Below are positions 35,052 to 47,300 of a stretch of DNA of 64,000 nt, one piece after another. Numbering within the stretch: position 1 is the first letter of the stretch; each line of letters opens with the position of its first letter. The position numbers and the translations under genes are program-made. Source of the DNA: Selaginella moellendorffii (lineage: Eukaryota > Plantae > Lycopodiophyta). Where the stretch lies: contig NW_003314390.1 of NCBI RefSeq assembly GCF_000143415.4, forward strand, positions 148,973 to 212,972, written 5' to 3'. A model generated the notes under the pieces. The model was given only the letters and a program-made list of their open reading frames with translations, did no database searches and had not been told where the DNA came from.

Positions 35052-35840
35052 AGAAAGGGATGGATGTTCAATCAAGGTGGAAAAACGCCGCAAGACTTGC
35101 TGCCAAGGTACAGTTATTTTGTGTGATCCAGCCTAAAGTTCTGTGGTTTTAGATTGGTAAAGGTTTGTCCAAATGTCCCGAAGCTATGATTCTTTCTGAG
35201 GACAACTGGCTTGAAGCTGTAAGATTCTGCTTTATTACTTAAGAAAGTTATGCTTCTCTTTTTCTACAAGCAGCATCGCAGAGGACACGATTTATATCGA
35301 AAGTTCACTACATGGCGATGGAGCAAAACAAAGGAGCCCTTTTTCCACTGGTACACTCTCTACACACACAGTTAATCCTGTCGTTCCGAACGACTTTTCT
35401 TTAACTAGGCTTGATGAAGGCGAAGGAAAGCATTGCACGATCTTCCTTACACATAAAGTTCATTATCTCAGTCCAGTAAGTGTGCTGTTATGTTCAATAT
35501 TGAGCTCTCTTGTAAACGCACAGAAGGAAAGGGAGAGATATGAAGTGAACGTCCAAGATGGTCACATGATCTTTAAAATCGATGGAAGGAAAGTTGATAC
35601 ACAATGGACTGAGTGGATGTTTGTGATGGACACTGACGACAGGATATATATTAGAGAGGTATCATACATATCTTTTGATGGGCAATTTTCTTCAATTATC
35701 TAGAAAGAGCATGGAAAGTTTCACCATTCTAGTTTTGCTGATCGATCCAAATTCCAGTGTTTAGACAATTTAAGTGGACATTATCGTCCAGAATCGGTTA
35801 ACTCCTTCCACAAGGAACTAAAGAAAAGGGGTTGCATGTT
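35052..35840 (+). CDS. IQM-family (IQ-motif calmodulin-binding) like gene, divergent and possibly a pseudogene
   Basis: Spliced short exons give SRWKNAARLAAK-IGKGLSK..NWLEA..HRRGHDL..PFFHWLDEGEGK..YLSPKERERYEV..WMFVMD..GKFHHSSF..SGHYRP; the segment between HSSF and SGHY is shortened. Confidence 0.75.
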
Positions 35841-35869
35841 AAGCAAATGTCGTGTAAGAAATGACTGTT

Positions 35870-36130
35870 ATTATTGAATAATTATGAGATTGATCTTTGC
35901 ACGGATTCTTCAAGAACGTCAAAGACTTGGACGAGCTGCGGCATGTTGAGAGCTCCTCCGACTTGAAATTTTGCCCTTTGAGACATGGTACCGTATGGCC
36001 TTCTCCATGTTGCTGTTTTTCGTGCAGGCACCAAGCATGATATTCCAGGACAAATCGTTGATCGATGGCATGCCTTGCCTCGCTTGGGCTCCATACATTT
36101 GCACCAGGAGATTTGCGAGGTTTCCGTGAC
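35870..36130. pseudogene. Rearranged fragment of a PLS-PPR gene paralogous to 25659-27338
   Basis: FKNVKDLDELRHV on the + strand adjoins ANLLVQMY..LSWNIMLGACTKNSNMEKA on the - strand. Confidence 0.75.
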
Positions 36131-37249
36131 CGGGTTATGCACAAAAGGGCGATGCTTGGCTTCAAGTGATGCTCGCAGTGCCACCACTGACCATCCCGTA
36201 AAAGAGCATTGTGTCTTGTGTGTAGGAAATCCAAACTTTGCTGCCAAACCTAGCCCAATTAAATTCTGCCTGGAATGGAAAAGAGAAGAAATTCCTAAAC
36301 ACAGAACTCGACTGAAGACATAAATATGTGCCCCTCCTCATCCAGACTACATGGCACTCCAGCCCAAGAGTACAGTGACCAACCATTCTTGGTTTTCATC
36401 CGGCTTTTAAAGGTTGGGAGCTTCAAGATGGTTAAATCCCCCAAGAGGTCTGAAACATGTCCTAGACTCTCTATTACTCTCTCTTGAGGCCATTGAGTTT
36501 ACCACAAGTCAACGCCCTTTTCCCTTGGCAAGAGCATCGTGATACGGGTCAGTGCTGTAGCTCCAAATGCTGTGTGTGGAAATTCGTCCTCTCTGAAAGA
36601 GGACACTCAAAAGTTACTCACGAAATCCCACCCTCTGGACACAAAGAGCTCTACCCACTAAGAACACACTGGTAAACGTAGGTGAGGCCCAGCCTAACCT
36701 CACAAACCAGAATTACAAACTTAATATATTCTGCGCCTACACAACATGAGCAAGGGCCACGGGAACAGCATATGCCCAAGCTGGGCAAAATCAGCTCTTG
36801 CAAGACAATGTACTACTAATATTTAGCCAGTCCGTCCCAGGCTTGAACCGCAGTGTGCAAAGCGAGGCCATCAAGAATGTTGACATCCCAGTCAGAAAGC
36901 TGGTTTAGTGTGACTCGGCAATGCTGAAATTATCTAAGACATGCTAGAGGCTACTGCACTCTCAACTCCAAGGCTTGACAGGAGACCAGCCCAACTTGTT
37001 ACATCTTGATACTCTACAAAAGTCATATGAAGCAACCTCTTAAAAGGTACTAAATCCAAAAGTGATACCTCTTAACCTTTTAAAAGGTACTAAATCTTAT
37101 GGTGCATGCTTTACGTTCTCTTGTGCCTTTGCTTCTTGCCACTCTTCTTCCATCGCATATCATGAGAGTAGATGGGCGATGGCGATGACGATGATTACAA
37201 GTAAGAATTTGTATTGCGTATAAAGGAATAAGAAATGCGCTGGTTTCTT

Positions 37250-40200
37250 CGCCTGTTTAGATGGATGTCTCAAGCTTCCCTCCTTGACAATCCCTTGACA
37301 GCGGTGCCACCGAAAGCTAAGAACGATGAAACTTACAACTGATTTGCAGAGGATTTTGATGGCGATAGAGATTGTTACAGAAATTCCGGCTTTGCTGCTG
37401 TTACTTTGAACTTGTGGTCGTTTCTCTTCCCATAGTCTCTGCTGATTATTCCAGCAAGCTTTCCAAATCTTTGGATCTGGTAGACGGGACGGCCAAAGTA
37501 AGGCTCAGAATAAATTCGGCATTCTCTACCTCTGGGATGTCTTTGTGCTTGAGAATGGAAGACATGAACTCGAGGATATGTTCGCAATGGCTGTGGAAGT
37601 AGATGTCGAGGTATGCTGGCATCTCGGTGGCTGTTCTCACGTACTTGATTCTGGAAGAATAGATGTCCGCAATTGTTTGCTTCACTACTCTTCGCGGAAG
37701 AGGCGACACTTTCTGCACGTCCAGCGTAAGGAAATTAAAGACAAGAAAATATGCCACACACAACCTTCGCCTGCTCAAGAAGATCTGCCCAGTACGTTTG
37801 AAACTCCGAGGCAGCAGCGTCGTTTTGTAGCTCAGGTCGCAGTGCAAACATCATCGGGCCTACAGTTTGCACCTCCTTTGAAACCAGCAAAGAGCCGTCA
37901 AACTGAAACAGGGAGAAACATAAGCAAACGAGAAACAATCAATTTGACGAGATACTTACATGAGCATTATACTTGTTGACAAACTCACGGATGTATTTGT
38001 CCCTCCATATTCTCGCAACTTGCTCCGACTTGAGCTTGGACTTGAGCTTCGTCATCTCAAGTTCCAGGTCTAGCCTCTCCTTCACTGAGACTTCTTCTGC
38101 TTCAAGTGACTTAGCCAGGTCTTTTATAAAACTATCAGCCCCAAGCCCGGTAAAAGGACTGCGATCATCGCCACACTTTGTTTCCGGAGCCTCATTTTCG
38201 TGTTCACGCATTTGTCTGCCTGCAATCTCCAGAAAAAGCTTCGACAAGGTTTGGCCGAGAGCTGAACACATGTCCATCTGTAGCTCAAGTCTAGACTTCG
38301 CTTCTTCCAGTCCCCGGAGCAGCTTCGAGTATCTAAGAGACTGGTTGTTGTTTTGTTTTGTGTCTTCGTCAATTAGTTTGCGAAGCTCTAAAGCACCCTT
38401 GACAGTTTCCGTGACTATTCCATGCAAGGATCTCGCAAAGTTTGCAGAAGAGTACCAAGACTGCATGAAGACGGGAGTCAGTCGACAAAGACGTAAATAG
38501 AAACAAAAAAACACAGCTTACACTCCAAAGTTGCCTTGTCAAAGACTTGAGGCTCAGAGCTGAGACGGCAGCTTGTTCTTGCACTTTCGTTAGCGAGTTC
38601 TTCATTGAGTTCATGCACTGCTCGCACTCCTCGGCTCTTTGACGGAGTTGAGGGACGAGTTTTGACGCCCGTTCCACCATTCCAGCAGTCTTTTCTTCAG
38701 CAATATGTTTGATGGTTTTAATCGGCTCCAGTAGCGTCTCGTCACCCTCACGGATGATGCCATGCAAAGCCTCCAGCAAGACTTCTAATGCCTTCCAGAA
38801 CGCTCCGGTGTCGCTTGTTCCTTGACTGGGTATCTCCGGGGCTTCACTTGCGAGCAGCTTCTCAACAGATTCAATGCCGACAAAACAAACCGCGACAGTA
38901 TCCTGAAATTCTCTGATGACCGTGCTGATCTGGTTCCTGTAGTTCTGTAGCTGTCGACCTGTCTCACTCTTAAACGTTTTCTCATGTTCTTCAGCCGCTT
39001 CTGCTTGTTGCTTCAGTGCCTCCAAGGTTTGTAACAGATGAGCTTGCGTTTTCGCATGAGCAGCCTTCTCTTCTGGAATAGAATAGTCACTGAGCATAAT
39101 TCTGGACAAAAGGAAAGCTTTTCTCTTGTACCTTCGAGAGTATGCACGAAATGCTTTGTGAGGTCGTCTATGCTCCTACTGTGTCTGTCCATGTCGTTCA
39201 TTCTGTCCGTCTTCAGAGCGGACAAGGAGCACATCGTCTGCCCGTGAGCTTTCTTTTCCTCTGGAATAGAAAAGAAAAAATAAAACTCGTAACAGAATCC
39301 TATGGTGAATATCCGGAGATCACCTTGTAGTTCAAACTTCAGCAAGCTCACGCTCGAAGTAGTTGACTGAAGATTCAGCTTCGCGCTCTCGGCTTCAGAT
39401 CTAAGAGCCTGATTCGACAACACCATCTCCTGATAGGCTAGCTCCATAGAGCGTATATGTTCTGCTGTTTTCTTCATTTTGTCTTCTAGAGAGCGACGCA
39501 GGCTGATTTCTGAGTCCAATGCAAGTTTGGATGTCTCCAGCTTTCGCTCCAAAGCCTCGAAAGACTCCAAGGACAAGGCATTTTCATTTGGTTCTGTGAC
39601 AGTTTGGACGTACTTCATCTGAAAACAGAACCAAATGAACTGTTAATTTTCTTTCCCAAGTGGACTCTTACTTCAAATTCTTGTTTGACAACATCCGTCC
39701 GCGCTTCCTCTGCGATTGACTGGCACGCCTTTTCCATTTTAATCAAGGTTGCCACTTTGATAACGTCCAGCATATCATCATGCTACAGAAAGGAAGCATG
39801 AGACATATCGAAGCACACAATTCTTACCAGATGCTTTGCGTCCAACAAATCGGCCTTCTCTTTGCTCTTTGCGTCAGATATAATCTTCAACGCATTTCCT
39901 CGTGCCGATTCTACAAGCTCCTTCAATTCTCGCGGCTCTGTACAAGCCTCAACGCCAGCATTTGTTCTTAGAAGATCGTCTAAAGCCGTCAGTGACAGCG
40001 TGCAGCTCTCCATTTCGTCCACAACATGGCCAGTCCTCTCTTTCATGAAAGAGTACGCTCCCTTTAAATCCTCCCGTTCCATATACAAACCTGATGTAGA
40101 AAAAGCAAAGCACTTACACGACTACTTCCGAAACATCACCCAAGGCGATACCTTACAGTTTTAAGTGTTGAGGCCGCGGGTTAGTGACTACACTGGTCAC

Positions 40201-41570
40201 ACACCTTCGATGACTGCTTTTAGGCTTTGAACTTCCCCTTTGTCTGCTGCAGCTGTCCTCTTTTCTAAGGTAGAACGGTAATTCTCGTTTTCTACAAGAA
40301 GTTGCTGGACTTTCTTCTGCAATGCTGCACAACATCACACTAGAGTTAGAAAACAAAATAAGAGATGGGAAAACGCTTAGCACCTTCTACTTCGGCGACA
40401 AGCTTGGCATTCATTGAGCTGCGAGTGAGAATCTCTTTTTCTTCGAGAAGTTCCTGCACTTGAAGGCGCAATGCTGGCAACAAGCAGCCCTCAGAAGTTA
40501 AAACACAATTCCACAAGAACAAACCGCTGCGTACCTGCACACCTTTTTGCTTCTTCGTGGTAGAGCTCATTCAAGGCATAGTTGTCCCTGTCTAGCTTCT
40601 CCATGCTTTCGTTGGCAGAATTAAGCAGCTTTGTCCGGGCATTGAGATCCTTCTCTGCCGTCGCTAGCATCGACGTGAGCTTCTCGTTAATCCCCTTGAC
40701 TTTTTTGAGCTCCGCAGTGTTGAAGGCGGCATCCTCGAGCTCGTCGTTCGTCCTGCGAAGCTGTCTTTCGATGTCCGCCAGCCTTTTGGATGCCAGTTCG
40801 TTCTCTTCTCTAAGCCTGACCAGCTCTTTCAAATCGTCGGGACACTCCTCCTGGAGCCTCGTTAGCTCTTCCTCATGCCGGATCATCACCGCCTTGAGAG
40901 CATCGTTCGCGAGCTTCGTATCCTTGAGGCTCTTTTTGCAGCTTTCTATCTCCTGGTCGCGCTCACACACCGTTTCTCTCAGAGACTGGATCTCCTGCTG
41001 CTTCTCCAAAACATTTGCCTCGAGCTCGCGAATCTTCGCCTCGAAAGTTTCTTTCTCCTCCGTCCGTGCAAACTTCTCCGCGGAGGTTCTCTGGACGAGT
41101 TGCATGTAGCTTACTTCCAGCTTTGTCCTCGCACGATTGCTACTAGAGCCATTTCCCATATACTTGATAGGCTCCATCTCAAGCTTTGGAAGATAGCTCG
41201 TGAGAAGCTTGAATGCTGCCATGACCTTTTGAGCCGTCTCCTCGCCTAGATTCAACTCTGTGAGCACGCGAAACATCCCGATGGAATGGAAGTAGAGGCC
41301 GCGGTAGAGCAGATCCACCTGACGCGGCTCCAATCCATTGCTCTCAATCAGCTTCTTCCTGTCCAGCCCCGACCGCTTCAATCCACTCTGGAATCCCTGT
41401 GACTCACCGCCATTGACACCGTGAAAGCTTGCCGCCGCCGCCGCGAGGATCTTGACAAGCAGCCTGTCCAGCCACGCTTCCACCATCGCCGCCTGCTCCA
41501 TCTCGATCTCCGCCCCGTCGACCCATGGCTCCCTGACGAGATCTGCCAGGAGATTACCGTCGGAATCCAT
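37250..41570 (-). CDS. Long multi-exon coiled-coil protein of unknown function (3' end approximate)
   Basis: First exon of about 1 kb plus several heptad-rich E/K/L exons separated by short GT-AG introns. Confidence 0.75.
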
Positions 41571-41985
41571 GGCGAGATCGATGGATCGCTCCGCCCTCTC
41601 ACATTCGCGAATCTCACCCAAACGAATCCCCTTGGGCGCCAATGCCAAACCCTACCACTGGAACGAATATTCACACGTCTCCGTACGAATGAGAGAATGT
41701 TCTTCCGTCCGCCTGCCGTACGTTATGAAGAACGAATATCCTTGGACCGAAAAGAGAATGTGCTTTCCGTACATTTTATTCCCTGTAATTTATTTGGACA
41801 CGGTGCTTTGCAGGCAGGATTGACCACTTGGGCGGCAGAGGCAGCGCCAGGGCAATGAGGCGCGAGGCGATCGATCGAGGCTGGAATCGCCGCGACGAGA
41901 TAGGGATCCCCCATTTCTCGCGGTAAGCGCAGATTAGGATCTTGCGAGCTACAGCGGAAGATCGGGCCTGGGGTTTTAGTCCGCC

Positions 41986-44476
41986 ATGGGGAATCTTTGG
42001 ATTGTCGCGATCAGCATCGCGCTGGGCATGGTAATCCTAGCTCCTGGCAGGGCGGGAGCGCAATGCGTTCCATCCAGGGGATGCACGGCAGTGGCCTTCT
42101 TTAATTTCACACAGAACGAGCAGCTCAACACAGTCTTCACCACTTTCAGCGTGAACTTCGCGCAGTTGCAGCAGTACAACGATCTTCGAAGCCAGGATTT
42201 CGTCCAAGCTGGGCAGTTTATCAAGATTCCCTTCCAGTGTGGCTGCATCAATGGGAGGCTCGCACATACCTTTGTTTTCAACAACGTGAGCCAGTCCGAT
42301 TCGTTTGCATCGATCAACACCAGATACTATCACGAGCTCTCCAACGTGGCGTCCATGAGCGTGGATCCTTCGCTCAACGGACAGCTCTTTCCTGGACAAC
42401 CAGTTAATGTGCTCGTGAATTGTTCTTGCGGGGATCCACGCTTTCCGGTGTTTGGGCTTTTCATGACGTATCCGGGTCAGAGAGGGGACCTGGTCCGAGA
42501 TGTTGCTACGAGGTTTAACACGACTGTCCAGAACTTGACAAACTACAATCCTTCTCTTGGAAACATAAACTCCTTGTCTCCTGACGATCGCCTCTTCATC
42601 CCTGCTACTCTTGGTGAGCTTCTTTTCTTGTCTATTGTTTGCTGATATTGTTTTGTTTCTCAGCGAATGGAACATACCCGCCATTCAGGTAAGAAAAAAC
42701 CTTTTCTGTGACAATTCTCTCAAAACGTATTTCCTTGTTAAACTCCCAGCGCTGGTAGCGATGGTAAGTGAATGACGCAGTTCGCTGTCGCTCCCTTGTA
42801 TCTGATCTCCGTGGCGCTGCAGGTTCCGGGTCAAGCAACACAGGTCTGATTGCTGGAGTCGCTGTTGGAGTTGGAGTGGTCGTCCTTGCTGCGGCGGTAT
42901 CACTGGTGTGGTTTTGCATGCGACGTTCGAAAAAGAAGAAAGTTGCCAAGTATCCCATGGACATGGAAGTGACTTCTGCCGACACCAAACATGGTTTGAT
43001 GCAATCTACGTTTCTTCGAGTCTCTTACCGGTTTGTGAATGATGCAGGTCTCCTTCACAGTCCAAGCGTTGGGTCCGTTCCCGCTGGTTTGTCAGGCTTT
43101 GCCGTGGATAAATCAGTCGAGTTTACATACGACGAGCTTTCGGCAGCCACAGGCAACTTCAGTATTTCAAACAAAATTGGTGAAGGTGGATACGGTGCAG
43201 TGTACTATGGTGAAATTCGTGACCAGGTTTGCGGCTGTTTTTCTTTTAGTTCAGCTAACAAGTTTTTTTTATCCTCCAGAAACTCGCCATTAAAAAGATG
43301 AACATGCAAGCCACAAGAGAGTTCATGTCGGAGCTCAAAGTCTTGACTCATGTCCACCACACCAATCTGGTAAGAAATGGTTCTTTTTAAAGCATTGAGC
43401 TGTATTCGCCATTCTTTCCAGGTCCAACTCATTGGTTACTGTACAGTGGATTCTCTATTCCTGGTGTATGAATATGTTGATAATGGTACATTGTCTCATC
43501 ATCTGCGTGGTTCAGGTATGCGAAGGTCATATTGGAATTCTTAATTCTCTTGAGAAACTTTCTACAGCGCCCTCAAGGCTTACCTGGAACCAAAGAATCC
43601 AGATAGCACTCGACGCTGCCAGAGGTCTCGAGTACATTCACGAGCATACTAAACCAACATATATCCATCGGGATGTGAAATCTCCCAACATTCTTATCGA
43701 CAAGAGATTACGTGCGAAGGTAAATAATTCTTCGTTTGTTTCTCATTTTTCTTTGCTGATGATTGGCACCGGTGCAGGTAGCCGACTTTGGACTGACTAA
43801 ACTTACAGAATCCGGCGCTGGAAGTGTCTCGTTAACACAGCCGACGAGGCTAGTTGGGACCTTTGGCTACATGCCTCCCGAGTAAGTCCGAGCCTTCTCT
43901 CAAATAGTGTAGCTATAAGCTGATCAATTTGTGTTGCAGATACGCTAGATTTGGTGATGTTTCTCCTAAGATCGACGTCTACTCTTTTGGAGTAGTTCTT
44001 TACGAGATCATCTCTGCAAAAGATGCTATCGTTCGTACGGTAGAGGGCGACGACTCAAACCCAGATCCCACACAAAGAGTTGCCAAGGGTCTAGTGATGA
44101 TGGTACGCAATATATAGCTAATTGTTAAACTTGATAACTTTGCTGGTGCAGTTCGATACAGCTTTGAAAAGCCCCGACGCAACGGAGAACCTCAAAAAGC
44201 TTGTAGATCCAGCACTTGGCACAGATTATCCTTTCGACTCGATCTGGAAGGTAAACAAAAGTTGAGTGCTCAGAGGTCGCGACTTGTAACATTTTCTTGT
44301 GTGATCAGCTGGCAAAGCTGGCGGAAGCTTGCACACAGGAGACCCCAGAAAACAGGCCAAACATGCGAGCAGTGGTGGTAGCTCTCATGACGCTGTGTAG
44401 CACCACGCAAGAGCTCGACTTTAGCACCAGCAGCCAGTCCAACGCTCAACTGAGAGGCCTCGTCTCCGGGAGATAG
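41986..44476 (+). CDS. CERK1: LysM receptor-like kinase, CERK1/LYK type
   Basis: Signal peptide, three LysM regions separated by CxC motifs (CGC, CSC), TM helix, [45 protein letters not shown]-terminal LVSGR stop. Confidence 0.93.
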
Positions 44477-44806
44477 CAGCAAAGGGAAAAAAAATATCCT
44501 CATACAAACTCTACTTGTAAATTTATGCGCTTTCTTTGTTCCAGGAATTTTATCATCTCTAGCGAGAGATCTTAGTCCGCAAATTTTGGAACTCTTGAGT
44601 TTAAAGCTTGAATGTGATCAAACAATGTGACACAGATAAGATATTGGGATCGCCCATTGGCCACTCTCATCCACTCACAGCCAATCCAAGCACAGGATTT
44701 CGTACGCTGTGGTCATTTCGTTTTGGGCCACCTTGTACGGAACCATATCCACTAAGCCAAACAAGCCCGCATTGTGGTGTGGGAGGAGGAACAAGAAGAG
44801 GAAGGA

Positions 44807-45616
44807 ATGGCGGCCATGTCCTCCTCGCTGGGTCTCAGAGCCGCTAAATCAAAATTCACGGGCTCATTCGATGCGAGCGAAGCCGCGAGCGCGAGATTCA
44901 ATCCCAATTCCCGCGTTGGATTCGCGCGAGCGAGTGTGAACCATGAGCAATCGCAGAGCAGGAGGGCGGCGATGGTCGGCCTGGTGGCGGTGGCGGCGGG
45001 CGTGCTGGCCGTGGAGGAATCGCGAGCGCTGACCGGGATCAAGATCAATGGGCCGCCTCCACCATCCGGAGGACTGCGTAAGCAAAGATCCATTCCTGCC
45101 CAATTTTCCCAATTCTCCGCAAGTGGATTGATCAATTCATTGCGCAGCTGGGACGGAGAATGCCGATCAGCCGCGCGACTTGGATCTGCCACTCAAGGAG
45201 AGATTTTTCATCCAGCCGCTATCGCCCGCCGAGGCAGTGGGGCGAATCAAGGACGCTTCCAAGGACATCGTGGGCGTCAAGGAGCTCATCGACAAGAAGA
45301 GCTGGCCTTACGTTCGCAACGATCTGCGCAACAAGGCCACGTACCTGAGGTATGATCTCAAGACCATCATGGATGCCAAGCCCAAGGCCGAGCGCAAGGC
45401 GCTCAAGAAGCTCACGGACAATCTCTTCGAGGTGATTGACAAGGTAAGAACTCCAAATTCACCTTCTCGAGCCGAAAAAATCCGATTTTTAACATCTTTT
45501 CTTGCTTGTTTCAGCTCGACTTCGCAGCTCGAGCCAAGAATCCCACCGACGCGGGCAAGTGCTACGCCGAAGCCGTGGCTGCCTTGGACACTGTTATTGC
45601 CAAAATCTCGGCTTAA
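44807..45616 (+). CDS. PSBQ: Oxygen-evolving enhancer protein 3 (PsbQ), two introns
   Basis: Transit peptide with twin-Arg [53 protein letters not shown]. Confidence 0.95.
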
Positions 45617-45728
45617 ATAAATCTCTTCCTCCCACCACTGTTGATAAGAAAGAAAAAAAATCCTGTCCATGGATGATCGAGTAAGAACTTAGCTGCGCAC
45701 GTAACGAAGCGACATACCTCATCTCATC

Positions 45729-47300
45729 TCACACGAGGAGATTTACGAGTAGAAGCAACAGTAACAGGAATGGAGAGTGGAGGAGCGATTGTCGTGCGGC
45801 GTTTGGAAGTCCCGGGTATGAATCTGGAGCTGGAAGAACACACTCCTCGCCATTGAATAGCACCTTGTGTGGAAAAGCCCAGCCTTTGGAGAGTGAGAAC
45901 AACGAGGGATCCTTTTGGAATAGCATCTCGGACTGGACCACTCCATTCTCTCCAGCTTCTAGTAGCATGTCGTTGTAGCTGCGAATTCCCCAGAACATAT
46001 TGGTGTCATCTGCGAAACTAAGTGTGAGAAGCGAGAAGAACAAGCGATGGCTGCTTTACGTACCACCGTGGATTGGCAACCGAGTGCTGTTGAAGCTAAA
46101 CACCTCCTTGAGCTGTTTGAAGTTGGGGTGCTGGACGACGAGGTTCCAGTGCGTGTAGTTCTGGAGGTGCCGGTTGAGAATGCTTACTTTGGAGCGCCAG
46201 TAGCCTTTGTAGTTGTTCTTGACGTGCCAGTGGATCTTGATCGGGCACATATCTTTGGAGCATTGGAACGGGGCCTGCTTGTGGAGATTCAAAGCCGTCG
46301 CTATGCCAGGAGTTTGGAATCCATCGTCAGTTCTGGAAAGTCACAGGAAAAAAGCTTAGAAGTAGTTTTCAAAATGAGGAACTCTTACGAGCTGATGTTG
46401 CACAAACGTTCTCCTGCCTTCGGTTTTTGCGTGCAGTCGCATGCACAGTCCTTGCAGGGAACGACGTCGGGATTGTAAAAGGATGAAAACGAAACGCAAC
46501 AAGATGGTGTTCGACGTAGCTTGTAGGTGCAAGAAGACTGCCATGTCACTGGAACAAAGAAAAAAACTATTAGTAAGGGAGAGGATGGCAAAGAAAAACA
46601 GAAAGAAGGAAAGAAAACAAACTGTATGCTCGGCGTCCATGTTGTCCATCCGGTATCAAGCTGGAAGTAACATTCGTTGGCGTAGAACACGAGTATCCTG
46701 GGATGGAAAACGATAGAGGAACATCAGGTGGTCTTCTCGCAAGGCCAACTTTCATCACAAACGAAGCAATGGATGTCGAGGGATCCTGCACAGCAGACGA
46801 TAACACTCCACCCCTGCAGCAATTCGCGGTCTGGAGAGTGCCAGGAGCTTCTGGCTGGAGATCTATCATCACCGGTCTCGGATGGCAGGAGTGAGGAGAG
46901 TTCTCTTCCTCGACTCGAGCACAGTCGCCTTGATCTATGGCTTGAGCGCCTTGGACTTCCCATATCACCTCCTCCTTGCTCCATTCCCAGCCGAAGCTCC
47001 ATCCCGGACGAGCTTCGATGTGCCTGTAGAGCTGCTGGTTTTCGATCTTTACAGAAGCCTGATTGATCAAAGACAAAGTTAAGCTAAGCGCACAAACAAT
47101 GAAGAAAGAACTACGAAGGAAAACTGTAACCACCAACGAAGAGAAATGCGAAGAACACATACCACATAGCCATCGCCCTGATACCAGTTCAAGATATCCC
47201 AAGTGACGACGATGCTCCCTCTCTGATCCAAAGGATCCACAGCACAATCTGCAAGAAATGCCGCCAAGATCAGCAGCGCAATGGCGCGCGGCACACGCAT
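45729..47300 (-). CDS. COBRA-like GPI-anchored protein
   Basis: Signal peptide, DPLD..GSIVVTWDI, NCCRGGVLS, CCVSFSSFYN, CPIKIHWHVKNNYKGYW, GWAFPHKVLFNGEEC, hydrophobic C-terminal tail. Confidence 0.93.

Noticed and set aside
45680-45722. Short echo of Psb[13 protein letters not shown] after the PsbQ stop
   Set aside because: Too short and gapped to distinguish from chance.
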